Shown: in pieces, positions 16,156-25,722 of the stretch
Position numbering within the stretch: the stretch's first letter is position 1
Layout of the letters: the number at the start of each line of letters is the position of its first letter
Made by a program: the position numbers and the translations under genes
Origin: a virus
Taxonomy: Duplodnaviria; Caudoviricetes
IMG/VR virus record: IMGVR_UViG_3300032219_001489
Location: 1 to 37,122 of that record
DNA: 37,122 bases
Strand: one strand, 5' to 3'
Notes under the pieces: generated by a model
Seen by the model: only the letters and a program-made list of their open reading frames with translations
Database searches by the model: none
Told to the model about the DNA's origin: nothing

Positions 16156-17138
16156 TGGAACTTTCCTGCAAGAGATCCTAGGAGCGATTTCCCGCCGATG
16201 ATGGGGATATTGAGGTGGAGGAACTCCCCTGATCGGGCCGCGAGCTGAACCGCGAAACCATGGGTCCACGAGGTTGGGTTCGTGTGCTGCCAAAGCGGTT
16301 GCAGCTCGCAGAGGCAACCGGGATTCCACGCCTTAATCTGACCGGCATGGACAGGGCGGGCTGAGGAAGACTGCTCCCGGTGGGTGTGGCCGAACACCAC
16401 ATTACCGGCGAATGAGTTGAGCGTCGTGGTCGTGGCCTGCTTGGAAGTTGAGGAGCCGTGGAAGAAATAGCATTTCCCCTTCCGGATCGTCCCCGGGAGC
16501 GGGAGATCATCGTAGAATTCCCCCTGGCGGTAATAGGGGATCCCGCGCTCTTTGAGCTTCAAAAGGAACTCAGGCGCAAAGGCCCGGCGAAGATACTCCG
16601 CATCCTTGGAGTTGCGAAGAGTCTGGGTTAGGGCCCAGCTTTCGATCCTCCTTTCATGATTTCCCTCGATGTACTCCACCCTGGCACGGGGCGCGGCGGA
16701 TTGCACCGCATCGAGGAAAGCATTGGTGGCCGCGATATCGGCCTCATAGGTATAGGAGGATTCCGCGACATAGCCCATGACATGGTGCTGGGCTAGGAAT
16801 CCCCCGCAGTCGACATGATCCCCCAGGAGGATCACCTCATCCGGATCGAGGGCCTTGATGTCGCCGAGGCAGGCCGCGAGCGCGGCCTGATCCACTTTGG
16901 CCCCGTGCGTATCGGGGATGATGACCCGCACGATATCCTCCTTGCCTCGACGGGTCGGCTTGGCCGGAGTGATTGGCTTGGCCTTGGGGGTGTGGAGGTG
17001 CCGGTCGAGCGTGGCCGCGAGCTTCGCTTTCGAGGCCTCGGAGGCCTTGAGCTGATCCTTTAGCCGGACGAGCTCGGCCGTGAGGGATGCCGCCTCCAGC
17101 TCACCGCGGAGGGCTTTGGGGGAGGGAGGGCGGCGCAT
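16152..17138 (-). CDS. Calcineurin-like metallophosphoesterase with N-terminal coiled coil
   Basis: PDTH, LGDHVD, GNHE, FHG, GHTH motifs. Confidence 0.9.
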   Translation of the reverse strand: MRRPPSPKALRGELEAASLTAELVRLKDQLKASEASKAKLAATLDRHLHTPKAKPITPAKPTRRGKEDIVRVIIPDTHGAKVDQAALAACLGDIKALDPDEVILLGDHVDCGGFLAQHHVMGYVAESSYTYEADIAATNAFLDAVQSAAPRARVEYIEGNHERRIESWALTQTLRNSKDAEYLRRAFAPEFLLKLKERGIPYYRQGEFYDDLPLPGTIRKGKCYFFHGSSTSKQATTTTLNSFAGNVVFGHTHREQSSSARPVHAGQIKAWNPGCLCELQPLWQHTNPTSWTHGFAVQLAARSGEFLHLNIPIIGGKSLLGSLAGKFQ

Positions 17139-17240
17139 GGGAGGGGAGGAAAATTATGAAAGATGAAGGATGAAACTAGGGCAGAGAAATTCCGTTGACG
17201 GTGGAGCCTTCATGTGGGACATATATTGCGTCAGCGCACT

Positions 17241-20200
17241 TCATTTCCCTGTCCGCAAAGCGGGCATATCTGATTTATCCGCTGGGGATTCAGTTCCCGT
17301 CTTGATTCCTGCAGCCCCGGTTCCGGAAACGGAGCCGGGGTTTGCATTTTCAAGAAAGCTCCGTTGATCATTCCATACTGAATCGACAATAGGCTGCAAT
17401 TTTGCCGCCATCTTGACTTGGAGCGATTTTGTTATTTTGCCCGACCTTTTGACCAGAGGTTCCCTGAAATCGACATCATATTCTCGTGGAGCGTTCTGAC
17501 TAACTTGCCCGTGATTTGAAAATCTTACCTGTTTCAAAAGCTCTGCACCATTTGAAAGCTGAACCCTAATCACCGGGTACTCACTTGAAGAAATTCTGGA
17601 TGAAGCACCTCCTCCCGCCTCTTCAACAGATACAATTTTTGGCGGGGCTTGTTCCCCACGGAAAACCACATGAGGACGCACATCTATAATTGAATGCCTT
17701 TCCGGTAATGTTGTTTTTATTTCAGAATAAAATGGTGTGATTTCCATCAAGTATTGAGGTTTTAATCTGTTTTTGATTTCTTGCATATCACCACGGCGAG
17801 CGTTCAATTCATCGCGGACATCTCCATGCTGCCATGACCAACCGCCGCGACGAATGATCTCATCAGTCAATTCCCTTTCTTTAAAAACAGCAGATTCATA
17901 TTGATCAATTACAGGGGAGCGTTTCACCCCGTCACCATTACCAGACGGCCCAAAATCCGGCATCCGGTTTTCGTTGACCCTGTTGTAGGCGTCGAGGTCG
18001 AAGTAGAATCCGTTCTTGGGGATCGAGGAGACACCGGCTGCGTCGTTCTGGCGGGAGGATTGCTCCGACGGGGTGACGGCGCGGGTGTCCTCGATGCGGT
18101 CGACACGGAGGCGGCGCACCATGCCCTGGGGGCCGTAGTCGGCGGCGAGAGGGTTTGCGTTGCGGTGGACCTTGGAGCCGGTGAAGAGAAGGGCATTGAT
18201 CTCGCGGAGCTTGGCCCCGCCGATCCCGTTTTCGGATGGGAGGTTCTCCTTGAAGTTTTGGACAAGTTGGTCGACCGAGTCACGGATGGCTGCGGGGTCG
18301 TTATTGTGAGCGGCGAAGGCCTCGCGGTTGATCCCTTGGATCACTTTCTTGCGGAGGTTGGAGATATCGATGACGTGAGCTTGGATGTGGCCCTCTTTGG
18401 TGACCGAATAGTTGAAGGGCTCGGAGTGGTCAAAGACCTCCGACCTGATCCCACCCATCTTGAGAATCTTGTAGCCACCACTCTCGCCGGTGCCGACGCG
18501 GTTGTATTTGCTTGAGTAGACATTCCCGAGCCCCTTGTTGGCGTCGAAGGTGCCGAGCAGCGAGAGGATCCACGGTCCGAAGTGCTGGAGTGCGCCCATA
18601 TTGTCAGGGAGGCGTGATCCTTGGACTGATCCATCGGATCGGCGACCGAGGGTCGGGTCGTTCTTGGGCCTCACCCTGGAGCCGACGGCCATGTCGATTT
18701 GCTGTTTGCGGAGCTTGGCGGTCTGGTCGATTTCGGCCTGCGGCTTGTAGGTGATGGTGCCATTTTCATCACGGAGGAATTCATTCTCTCGGATACCAGG
18801 ACGGCCGGGCACCTCGCGGAGTACGATGTTCGGGGACTTGGCAAGCTCGTAGGGACTTCCCGATGCGGAGAGCAGGACACCCTTGGGAGCCTTGGGGGCA
18901 CCCTTGGCAGGGGTGTCGAGTCCGCGCAGCCATGCGTTGTAGGTCTGCACATAGCTGACCAGTTGTTTGGAGAGTTCGGGGGTGGATCCGATGAGGGGAT
19001 TGTCGCGGAAGATTGAGGAAGGAGTCCCCTTGAGCGCCCCCGTGACCGGATCGATCGGGGCACCTGCGGCACCGAGGACACGTGCCTGGGCGGCGAGGAT
19101 CTCGTTCGCGGCACGCTCAGGATCAACATCCGGGCGGACGCCACGGCGGATGTCATTGATATTGATGCCTGAGGCATTGAGATGCTCGGCAAAAATTTCA
19201 TCCCGAGCCCAGTCGAGCGGGTCGTTGGCCCCGTTGCGGATTGCATTGTTCTTGAGGGCCTCCACCCTTCCGGTGATCCGCTCTTCCATGGGATGTAGAG
19301 TTGGGAGGGGTTGCCTGTTTGCGATGGCATCGCGCTTGGCCGAGCGATCCTCGGCCTCAAGCTGACGCTGGGCATACTCGCGGGATTTACTGAGCAGATC
19401 CTCGGGGCCGTAATTCATGTCCACCATGTGGCGGACCGAGTTCCTCAGATCGCCGTCGAGGAGCTGGGAGGACATCATCGCATGGGCAAACTCATGCCCC
19501 CAGGAGGGGACCTTGGCATCGAGGTTGATGAACATCCTCGGCCGCGATCCCGGGGTGGCATCGTAGAAGGTTCCGGCAGATCCGGTGCGACCGAGCGCGG
19601 CAGCATTGGCTAGGTACTCCTGGGCCGGGAGAGGCACCACATCGGCACCGGCGATGGCCGGTTGATTGTCGACGACGCGACGAGCCTCGGTAAGTTGCCG
19701 ATCACTCATGGGGAGGACATCGACCCCCTTGAGGGAGAGGAGGCCCTGATAGGCGGCAAGTTCTTGGAGCTTGGCTTGGGGGAGCTGGGCGGCGCGGATG
19801 GCATCGCCACCGGCAAGGTGGGTGTCGACCAGGAAGCGGGCCACATCGGCATCGATTTCGCGCCGATTGAATCCGATGACCCTACGGGCCAGACCTCCTA
19901 CGGCTCCAAAGACGGCTCCGGTGCCGACCAGGTTTCCCGCCTCGGAGTCATTGTTGGCCATTGCGGCCAGCGGAACCATGGCGGTCGCACCGCCGATGGA
20001 TCCCTCGACGGCACCGCCGACATTGCGGATGGTGCCGACCAGATTGGGACGGTTGGTCACTTGGCCGAACTTCTGCACCCATTGGGGGAGTTCGGGATTA
20101 TTGGCCAGGCGGGAGGGTGTTGAGTCGATGGCCGATTCGGCGCCTCGCATCGCGGAGCGGTACTCCAGAGGGATTTCGGGATGCGAGGCCAGAGAGGCAG

Positions 20201-21503
20201 CGGCCTCCGTGCGGAAGGGGGTGAAGGGATCGGCGGCTTCGCGGAAGATCAGGCCTGCGCCCTGAGCACCCTGAGAGACTTTGCGAAGGATGCTTCCACC
20301 CTTGCGGAAGGCCGCGTAGACACCAAGAACACCGGCTACTTCGGGAGAGTGCTCGGAGCCACCGATGGCCATGCCGATGGTGGTTGGCACACCGACGACG
20401 GCGGCGGTATCTGCCACTTTCTTGAGACCCTGCGGAGAGAGACCTGTCAGGTCTTCGACGGATTGTGAGGCGCGTGTGGCGGCGGCGGTGAGGCCGTCGT
20501 CTATCTTTACGCCCAAGGTGCCCAGAGCCCCGAGCGTGCGGCCGGTCGCGGCCTTGGCCAGACGTCCGATTCCGACACCGGCGGCAAGCTCACCGGCGGC
20601 ACCGGCGACCAGATTCTCGGGGGCCACGGCCATGGAAACCAAGTTGGCTGTGTTGGGCATCGGCTCACCGAGTTGATTGAGGACAGGGACGGCCTTTAGG
20701 GAAGTCACGATGGGTGCCGCGATCTCCCGGTCGAAGAGGCGGTTGTCTCGGAAGTTTTGGAAATCACGCTCCAGCGTGGCATCAGGCCCTTCCCCGGCGG
20801 CGGCCTTGAGGTCGGCGGTGCGCTCGGCAAGGAGGGTTGGGTCAGGCATTCCGAGTGCATTCACCTTGCCTTCTGCGCGGAGGGCGCGGGAGGCCTCATG
20901 GGTGAAGCGTTCCTGCAGATTGCGTTCATTGAGGTACTGACTCACCTTCTGCACGTTTTCGAGAGTCGTAAGACCGGCCTTGCGGATGCCTTCGGCGGCG
21001 GTATTGACTAGGGAAGGCCCCTGCGACCCATCCTCAACGCGCGACAGATCCTCCGGATCTCTGCCGAGATAGTTTCCAAGCTCCTTGATGCCACCCCAGA
21101 CCGTCTGAAGGATCCCGCCGACCGTTCCGGGGAGCTGGCTCACCCCATAGGAGAAGGTATCATGACCCAGCCTATGGGAGGCATCGCGGGCCTGCTGGAG
21201 ATCTTCCTTGCTGGAGGGATCCCAGAGAGGATCGTCGAGCTGATCGGCTAGGTGCTTGTCCGCCTCAGTGGGTGAGAGCTTCTCAGGCATCCCATCGGAA
21301 GCATCGACGGCCCCTTGGGCGACGAGGGATTCGTAGGAGATACCCTGCCCGGCGGCAGGATCAGCCACCGAGGAAGTGATCGGAGCTTGGGCGGGGGTGG
21401 ATGCCGCAGCGGGCTCAGCGGCAACGGCACCTTGGGCGATCAGATCCTCGTAGGAGAGGGAGTCGCCGGGCACGCCCGCTGGAGTGGCGGCGGGTAGGGC
21501 CAT
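17241..21503 (-). CDS. Large internal virion/ejection protein, polyvalent type, with HExxH metallopeptidase domain and low-GC C-terminal domain
   Basis: 1420 aa; Ala/Gly-rich helical N-half; WGHEFAHAMM...DEIFAE; last gene of the ejection cluster. Confidence 0.72.
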   Translation of the reverse strand: MALPAATPAGVPGDSLSYEDLIAQGAVAAEPAAASTPAQAPITSSVADPAAGQGISYESLVAQGAVDASDGMPEKLSPTEADKHLADQLDDPLWDPSSKEDLQQARDASHRLGHDTFSYGVSQLPGTVGGILQTVWGGIKELGNYLGRDPEDLSRVEDGSQGPSLVNTAAEGIRKAGLTTLENVQKVSQYLNERNLQERFTHEASRALRAEGKVNALGMPDPTLLAERTADLKAAAGEGPDATLERDFQNFRDNRLFDREIAAPIVTSLKAVPVLNQLGEPMPNTANLVSMAVAPENLVAGAAGELAAGVGIGRLAKAATGRTLGALGTLGVKIDDGLTAAATRASQSVEDLTGLSPQGLKKVADTAAVVGVPTTIGMAIGGSEHSPEVAGVLGVYAAFRKGGSILRKVSQGAQGAGLIFREAADPFTPFRTEAAASLASHPEIPLEYRSAMRGAESAIDSTPSRLANNPELPQWVQKFGQVTNRPNLVGTIRNVGGAVEGSIGGATAMVPLAAMANNDSEAGNLVGTGAVFGAVGGLARRVIGFNRREIDADVARFLVDTHLAGGDAIRAAQLPQAKLQELAAYQGLLSLKGVDVLPMSDRQLTEARRVVDNQPAIAGADVVPLPAQEYLANAAALGRTGSAGTFYDATPGSRPRMFINLDAKVPSWGHEFAHAMMSSQLLDGDLRNSVRHMVDMNYGPEDLLSKSREYAQRQLEAEDRSAKRDAIANRQPLPTLHPMEERITGRVEALKNNAIRNGANDPLDWARDEIFAEHLNASGININDIRRGVRPDVDPERAANEILAAQARVLGAAGAPIDPVTGALKGTPSSIFRDNPLIGSTPELSKQLVSYVQTYNAWLRGLDTPAKGAPKAPKGVLLSASGSPYELAKSPNIVLREVPGRPGIRENEFLRDENGTITYKPQAEIDQTAKLRKQQIDMAVGSRVRPKNDPTLGRRSDGSVQGSRLPDNMGALQHFGPWILSLLGTFDANKGLGNVYSSKYNRVGTGESGGYKILKMGGIRSEVFDHSEPFNYSVTKEGHIQAHVIDISNLRKKVIQGINREAFAAHNNDPAAIRDSVDQLVQNFKENLPSENGIGGAKLREINALLFTGSKVHRNANPLAADYGPQGMVRRLRVDRIEDTRAVTPSEQSSRQNDAAGVSSIPKNGFYFDLDAYNRVNENRMPDFGPSGNGDGVKRSPVIDQYESAVFKERELTDEIIRRGGWSWQHGDVRDELNARRGDMQEIKNRLKPQYLMEITPFYSEIKTTLPERHSIIDVRPHVVFRGEQAPPKIVSVEEAGGGASSRISSSEYPVIRVQLSNGAELLKQVRFSNHGQVSQNAPREYDVDFREPLVKRSGKITKSLQVKMAAKLQPIVDSVWNDQRSFLENANPGSVSGTGAAGIKTGTESPADKSDMPALRTGK

Positions 21504-21506
21504 GAC

Positions 21507-22676
21507 TTATCGGGCCCGGTGGTAGGTTCCGTCGGACCCTAGCTGGTACACGGCCCCCTTGAGATTCAGAGTAGCCGGACGTGCAGTAGAGAACGATGCG
21601 GGAGCGGATGTAGGAGCCGAGGAGGAAGTAGTTGTGGCGGTGTCGGATGGAGCCTGGTTGCCGAGCCGGGCCTTGGAGCGCTCAAGACCGGTCTGGAGAA
21701 TGCCACGGAGCTCGCCAACCGAGTTCTTGAACTCTTCTTCGGACTGATTGGTGCCGAGGCGGCCGAGTGCTGCCTGAGCCTTGGCTCCTTCGATCTCGGT
21801 GATTTGTCCCGCGCCCTTGAGCTGGTTGAAGGCCGTGAGGAAATTCTTACCCTGCACCTGCTTGACCCGCTCCATGAAGTTGGCGGCATCGGTCCCGGCA
21901 AGCGGCTCGCTCTTGAGACCAAACAGGAAGGCGGCATCCTTGGCACCGACGGAGGAGGAGAGGCCCTTGTGGGAGACAAGATCGTCGAGGAGCTGGATGT
22001 TGTTCTGGACCTCGGGAATGGCGTCGACCTTCTTGGCGACGGCATCGGCCTGTTCCATGGACGATTTTTGAATTTCCAACGTATCCTTTTTGAGCTTGAG
22101 AAGTTTTTCAGGATCTTGGCGGGCAAGGAAATCCTTCTGCTGATCGAGGTATTTCTCCAGGATCACCTTGCGTTCGTCCGGCATGACTTGGCGGGGCAGG
22201 CCGGAGGCCTTGGCCCAGTCGGCAAACTGAGGGAATCCCATGGCCGTCGCGACTTGCTGAGGCGCGGAATCCTGAGCAACAGAACCATCGGGAGCGGGTG
22301 CTCCCCCGTAGGTATTGGCCGCCCCCGTGGTGGGAGGAAGATTGAGCGGCTGACCTGCCGCATCAAGGGCCTCAGTATCGGGGCCGGAGGTGAAACCATT
22401 GGGGTCGGAGGGTGGCTGCACCCCCATCATGGCAAGCTGGTTGGCCGTGACCTGATCCATTTGGGACTGAGGGGCCGGAGTCCCCATGAGCTGGGCCAGC
22501 AGGGCCGGATCGACCTGGTCGGGCGTCAGGGAAGGTGCCGAGGGTGCGGCGCCGGAGGCCATGGCATAGAATTGCTGGAGATCTTGAGGCGTCACCTGCG
22601 ACTGCGCGGCGTTGAGGGCGGGGGATGAAGTTTGACCTGGCTGATAGCCCATCAAAGCGAGTTCCTCAGCGGTCAT
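21507..22676 (-). CDS. Putative DNA ejection/internal virion protein (389 aa)
   Basis: Start MTAEELALMG 5 nt after the upstream stop; Q/P/A-rich; FLTAFNQLKGAGQITEIEGAKA motif of P22 gp20-like transfer proteins. Confidence 0.65.
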   Translation of the reverse strand: MTAEELALMGYQPGQTSSPALNAAQSQVTPQDLQQFYAMASGAAPSAPSLTPDQVDPALLAQLMGTPAPQSQMDQVTANQLAMMGVQPPSDPNGFTSGPDTEALDAAGQPLNLPPTTGAANTYGGAPAPDGSVAQDSAPQQVATAMGFPQFADWAKASGLPRQVMPDERKVILEKYLDQQKDFLARQDPEKLLKLKKDTLEIQKSSMEQADAVAKKVDAIPEVQNNIQLLDDLVSHKGLSSSVGAKDAAFLFGLKSEPLAGTDAANFMERVKQVQGKNFLTAFNQLKGAGQITEIEGAKAQAALGRLGTNQSEEEFKNSVGELRGILQTGLERSKARLGNQAPSDTATTTSSSAPTSAPASFSTARPATLNLKGAVYQLGSDGTYHRAR

Positions 22677-22681
22677 GGGGG

Positions 22682-23035
22682 TTAGTAAAGCGAAACGGGT
22701 TGCGTCTTTTCCCCAGCCTGATCCAACTTGGCTTGGCTTAGACCAGCCATCATATTCCAGTGATTTGCAGCAGTCTGTTGGCCTACCAGTTGGATGAGAT
22801 TCGGGGCAATGGATGCTTTCTGCATCCACGGAGTATTTTGAATCGTTTTCAGCGCGTCGGCATCAATCAGGCCCATTTTATGGGCAAGGGCTGCGGTGGA
22901 GTCTGCTTGGTCGGATTGGAGTTTGTAGGCAGAGAGCTTATCGATCGCGCCGGAGATTCCGGAGGCGGCTTGAGAAATTCCTCCGGCAATGAGTTCGCCG
23001 GAACGGTCGTTGACTGAGGGGTTGTAGGCAATCAT
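22682..23035 (-). CDS. Small putative internal virion protein (117 aa, MIAYNPSVNDRSGE...)
   Basis: ATG 23035 follows the mini-ORF stop by 4 nt; in the ejection cluster. Confidence 0.65.
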   Translation of the reverse strand: MIAYNPSVNDRSGELIAGGISQAASGISGAIDKLSAYKLQSDQADSTAALAHKMGLIDADALKTIQNTPWMQKASIAPNLIQLVGQQTAANHWNMMAGLSQAKLDQAGEKTQPVSLY

Positions 23036-23039
23036 GGGA

Positions 23040-23096
23040 TTAGTGAGTCGAGAGACCAGAGACGAGCGTCGAGAGTTCCGAAGCAAGGAAACGCAT
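23040..23096 (-). CDS. Leader mini-ORF MRFLASELSTLVSGLSTH (18 aa)
   Basis: ATG 6 nt after the -10 box of promoter copy 2; stop 4 nt before the next ATG. Confidence 0.55.
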   Translation of the reverse strand: MRFLASELSTLVSGLSTH

Positions 23097-23102
23097 GGGG
23101 GC

Positions 23103-23138
23103 AGGATAGAGCTTCAAGCGACCGAGCTTAATGGGGGA
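23103..23138 (-). promoter_or_regulatory. Putative late promoter copy 2: TCCCCCATTAAGCTC-N15-TATCCT
   Basis: Exact motif 23124-23138. Confidence 0.8.
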
Positions 23139-23180
23139 AAATCTTGACGAACTCTTGTTTCAGGAAGCATACGATGACGG

Positions 23181-23498
23181 GTGAACGACTTTGATTGCCA
23201 AGCCTGCGGGGCCTGCTGTGCCCACAAGTGGAGCTGGCCCGTGCTGCGGCGGGACCGGAGCGATGCGGCAGGGATTCCTCCCGCGATGGTGCGGGATGAT
23301 TACCCACTACTCAGGACGGTGAGCAATCGGTGCGTGGCATTGATCGGACAAATCGGGGTCTCGACCGGGTGCTCGATCTACGCAGCCAGACCCGCCGCGT
23401 GTCAGGCTTTCACGCCCGGATCAGTGCTGTGCCTAGAGGCACGTCAGTTTGCTGGCCTCTCGACGCTCGACCCTTGCCCCTCGTCCCCTGCGGCATAG
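23181..23498 (+). CDS. YkgJ-like Cys-cluster (Zn/Fe-S) protein
   Basis: DCQACGACC...RCVAL...CSIYAARPAACQAF; only plus-strand gene inside the virion region. Confidence 0.85.
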   Translation: MNDFDCQACGACCAHKWSWPVLRRDRSDAAGIPPAMVRDDYPLLRTVSNRCVALIGQIGVSTGCSIYAARPAACQAFTPGSVLCLEARQFAGLSTLDPCPSSPAA

Positions 23499-24289
23499 CC
23501 GCAGAGAGGCATCTTGAGATTCACCCAGGGGGCGGTGGCGCTGACATTGTTCACCTGGCATTTCAGTTTGGGGCACTCCACCACACCGGGCTGATCGGGA
23601 TCGAGGCAGGCCGTGCAGGTGCGGTAGTAGTCGGGATTGCCCACCTTGTCGTTGTCGAGGACGGCCATCTCGCCATCGAGGCGGCCATAGCGTTGGGGAT
23701 CCAGCGGCACGTTATGGAGCTCGCAATAGGTGAAAATATCATCATCGGTCCATTCCCTAAGAGGATAGAGTGCGGCCGGGCAGGTCGGGTGGGCGATCAT
23801 GTCCAGGGCAAGAGGGACCTTGCCCGAGCAGGGATCTTCGTCCGAGGATTTCTGGCCATGGAAGGCGGCATCCCAGGGGAACTGCATCCCGCCAGTGGGG
23901 CGTGAAAGCCACTCCACCCCGCACTGGAAAGGTTCACCTTCACGGGGGGACTCCGTGCCACGGGCCAGCCAGAGGGAGAAATTCCCAAGCTGGAAGCGCT
24001 GCATGATGTCGATGCGGCCATTGCCACGATTCAGCCCCAGCTCCGAGGGAGGGAAGTCGTAGAGGGTGAGATTCCAGTCGGAGGCAATTTGCTGGGTGAA
24101 GTTAAGCCGACCACGCTGCCAGGGCTCTTGGAAAGTCACGACCGGCAAGTCATGACCCATGGAGCGAATCAGGTGGAGCAGGACTTGGGAATCCTTGCCC
24201 GAAGACCAGAGGATGCAGGGGTTGCGGAAATGGGCCAACCATCCCGCAAGACGCTCACGGGAAGTGGCGAGCTTCTCGGAGAAAAGCAT
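23444..24289 (-). CDS. PAPS-reductase-family (PP-loop) protein with C-terminal Cys cluster
   Basis: WSSGKDS, GQKSSD, YPLREWTDDDIFTY, CTACLD...ECPKLKC; TGATG-coupled to the upstream gene. Confidence 0.8.
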   Translation of the reverse strand: MLFSEKLATSRERLAGWLAHFRNPCILWSSGKDSQVLLHLIRSMGHDLPVVTFQEPWQRGRLNFTQQIASDWNLTLYDFPPSELGLNRGNGRIDIMQRFQLGNFSLWLARGTESPREGEPFQCGVEWLSRPTGGMQFPWDAAFHGQKSSDEDPCSGKVPLALDMIAHPTCPAALYPLREWTDDDIFTYCELHNVPLDPQRYGRLDGEMAVLDNDKVGNPDYYRTCTACLDPDQPGVVECPKLKCQVNNVSATAPWVNLKMPLCGYAAGDEGQGSSVERPAN

Positions 24290-25350
24290 CAGAGCGCAAC
24301 GCCCATGCCGATTGCACCGCCGATCTGGCCCACGGCGCCGATCCCAGCGCCGAGCAGGGCCGCCTTGTTGTTTTGCTGTGAGTTGTACTGGCTCATTTGG
24401 CCGTTGTAGTTGGCGGAGGCGACATCCCCGGCCATCTGCAAATTCTGGCTGTACATATTGCCAATCATCTGGCCGGTCTGGCCGTTGGTGCTGGTGCCAA
24501 GGTTAACACCGGTGCCCATGGCCCGTTGCATCGGGTCGAGATTCACCAGGGCGCTGGCACCTCCATATCCGAGTTGTGCCGCATTCTGGTAGGCACCCCC
24601 CGCCTGACCGTAGAGGTTGGCCGAGTTGCCAAGCAGGCCACTGGCCGTCGTGGCACGGTTATTCATTCCGGCCTCCATGAGTTGATTGGCTCCCGAGGCC
24701 GCCTGCTGGCGTTGCTGGAGTCGGGCCTGACCGTACTGGTAGCGGTTGAGCAGATCGGCGGCGGCGGCCGAGTTCCCGGTGCCCAGCCCCCGCATCGCGT
24801 AGGCACTGGAGGCTTGCTGGGAGGCGGCGCGGGCCTCCTCGGGATTGAGCTGGGAGCCGAGGGCCAAGTCGCTGGCCGCCTGATTGTAGAGGTTTTGCTC
24901 GATTGAAGTGGGACCCGCCAGGGCGCGTTGCTGGGCCGCACTTGCCACGGCGGAGGACTGGTCACCCAGGGCATTGATCCGGTTGCCGGTATCGATCAGC
25001 GCATTGGTGCCGCGGGACATCGTCTCGTTGATGACATTGTCGGCGCGCTTGGTGTAGTCGTTTCCGGCAGACATCCCGATCGGAGCCCGGGTCAGGCCGG
25101 TGACCTTGCCACCCTTTCCGACGACCGGGGTCAGGTTGTACTGCTGACTCGGGTCGCCCGAGAGCAATGCCGCCACATTGTTGACCTGACCGAGGGCCTG
25201 CTGCGAGAAATACGGATTGTACTGAAGTTGCTGGGCGGCAATCTGGGGATAGTATTTGAGCGTGGCTTTCATGCCCGAATCCGCCATGGCATTGTAGTCC
25301 ATGGGTGCAGGTGCCGATGCGCCGCCGCCGCCGCCGAAGAGTCCGCCCAT
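24289..25350 (-). CDS. Putative ejection/pilot protein
   Basis: MGGLFGGGGG start, Gln/Ala/Gly-rich, hydrophobic Gly-rich C-terminus; position typical of the first internal virion protein. Confidence 0.65.
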   Translation of the reverse strand: MGGLFGGGGGASAPAPMDYNAMADSGMKATLKYYPQIAAQQLQYNPYFSQQALGQVNNVAALLSGDPSQQYNLTPVVGKGGKVTGLTRAPIGMSAGNDYTKRADNVINETMSRGTNALIDTGNRINALGDQSSAVASAAQQRALAGPTSIEQNLYNQAASDLALGSQLNPEEARAASQQASSAYAMRGLGTGNSAAAADLLNRYQYGQARLQQRQQAASGANQLMEAGMNNRATTASGLLGNSANLYGQAGGAYQNAAQLGYGGASALVNLDPMQRAMGTGVNLGTSTNGQTGQMIGNMYSQNLQMAGDVASANYNGQMSQYNSQQNNKAALLGAGIGAVGQIGGAIGMGVAL

Positions 25351-25368
25351 AATTTTAAGTGTTAGAGG

Positions 25369-25722
25369 TTAGAGTGAGTGAAGGCCGACCCGCTTGGCCA
25401 TGCGTGGCCATGTGTAGGCATGAAAGTCGAATCCATTGTCCCGGCGGAAAATGACCCACTCCATCGGATAGGGAAGCACCTGCATGATCCGTGAGAGGGG
25501 TGCGGCACTGGTGGCCGCGATCTCGATGAACCAAGCATTGCGCGGGGAGGAGGGGTGCGCCGGAGCCTTGAGTGAGGGATCCCAGGAGACCAACGAGGCC
25601 AGCACCAAGCAGGAGGGGTCGGAATGCACGACCCCATGGGCAAGATGCCACGCCACCCGTTCCTCGAAGGGAATCGGTGAATGTTCTTCCTGCCATTGGC
25701 GTGCAATCTCCCATGCGGGCAT
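25369..25722 (-). CDS. Hypothetical, possibly a GNAT-like assembly protein
   Basis: 117 aa (AWFIEIAA...WVIFRR) between tail fibre and ejection genes, the slot of T7 gp13/P22 gp14. Confidence 0.55.
   Translation of the reverse strand: MPAWEIARQWQEEHSPIPFEERVAWHLAHGVVHSDPSCLVLASLVSWDPSLKAPAHPSSPRNAWFIEIAATSAAPLSRIMQVLPYPMEWVIFRRDNGFDFHAYTWPRMAKRVGLHSL

Noticed and set aside
23144-23175. Canonical sigma70 promoter for the YkgJ-like gene (TTGACG...TACGAT)
   Set aside because: Spacer is 20 nt, too long to call; only the -10 box 5 nt before GTG is suggestive.
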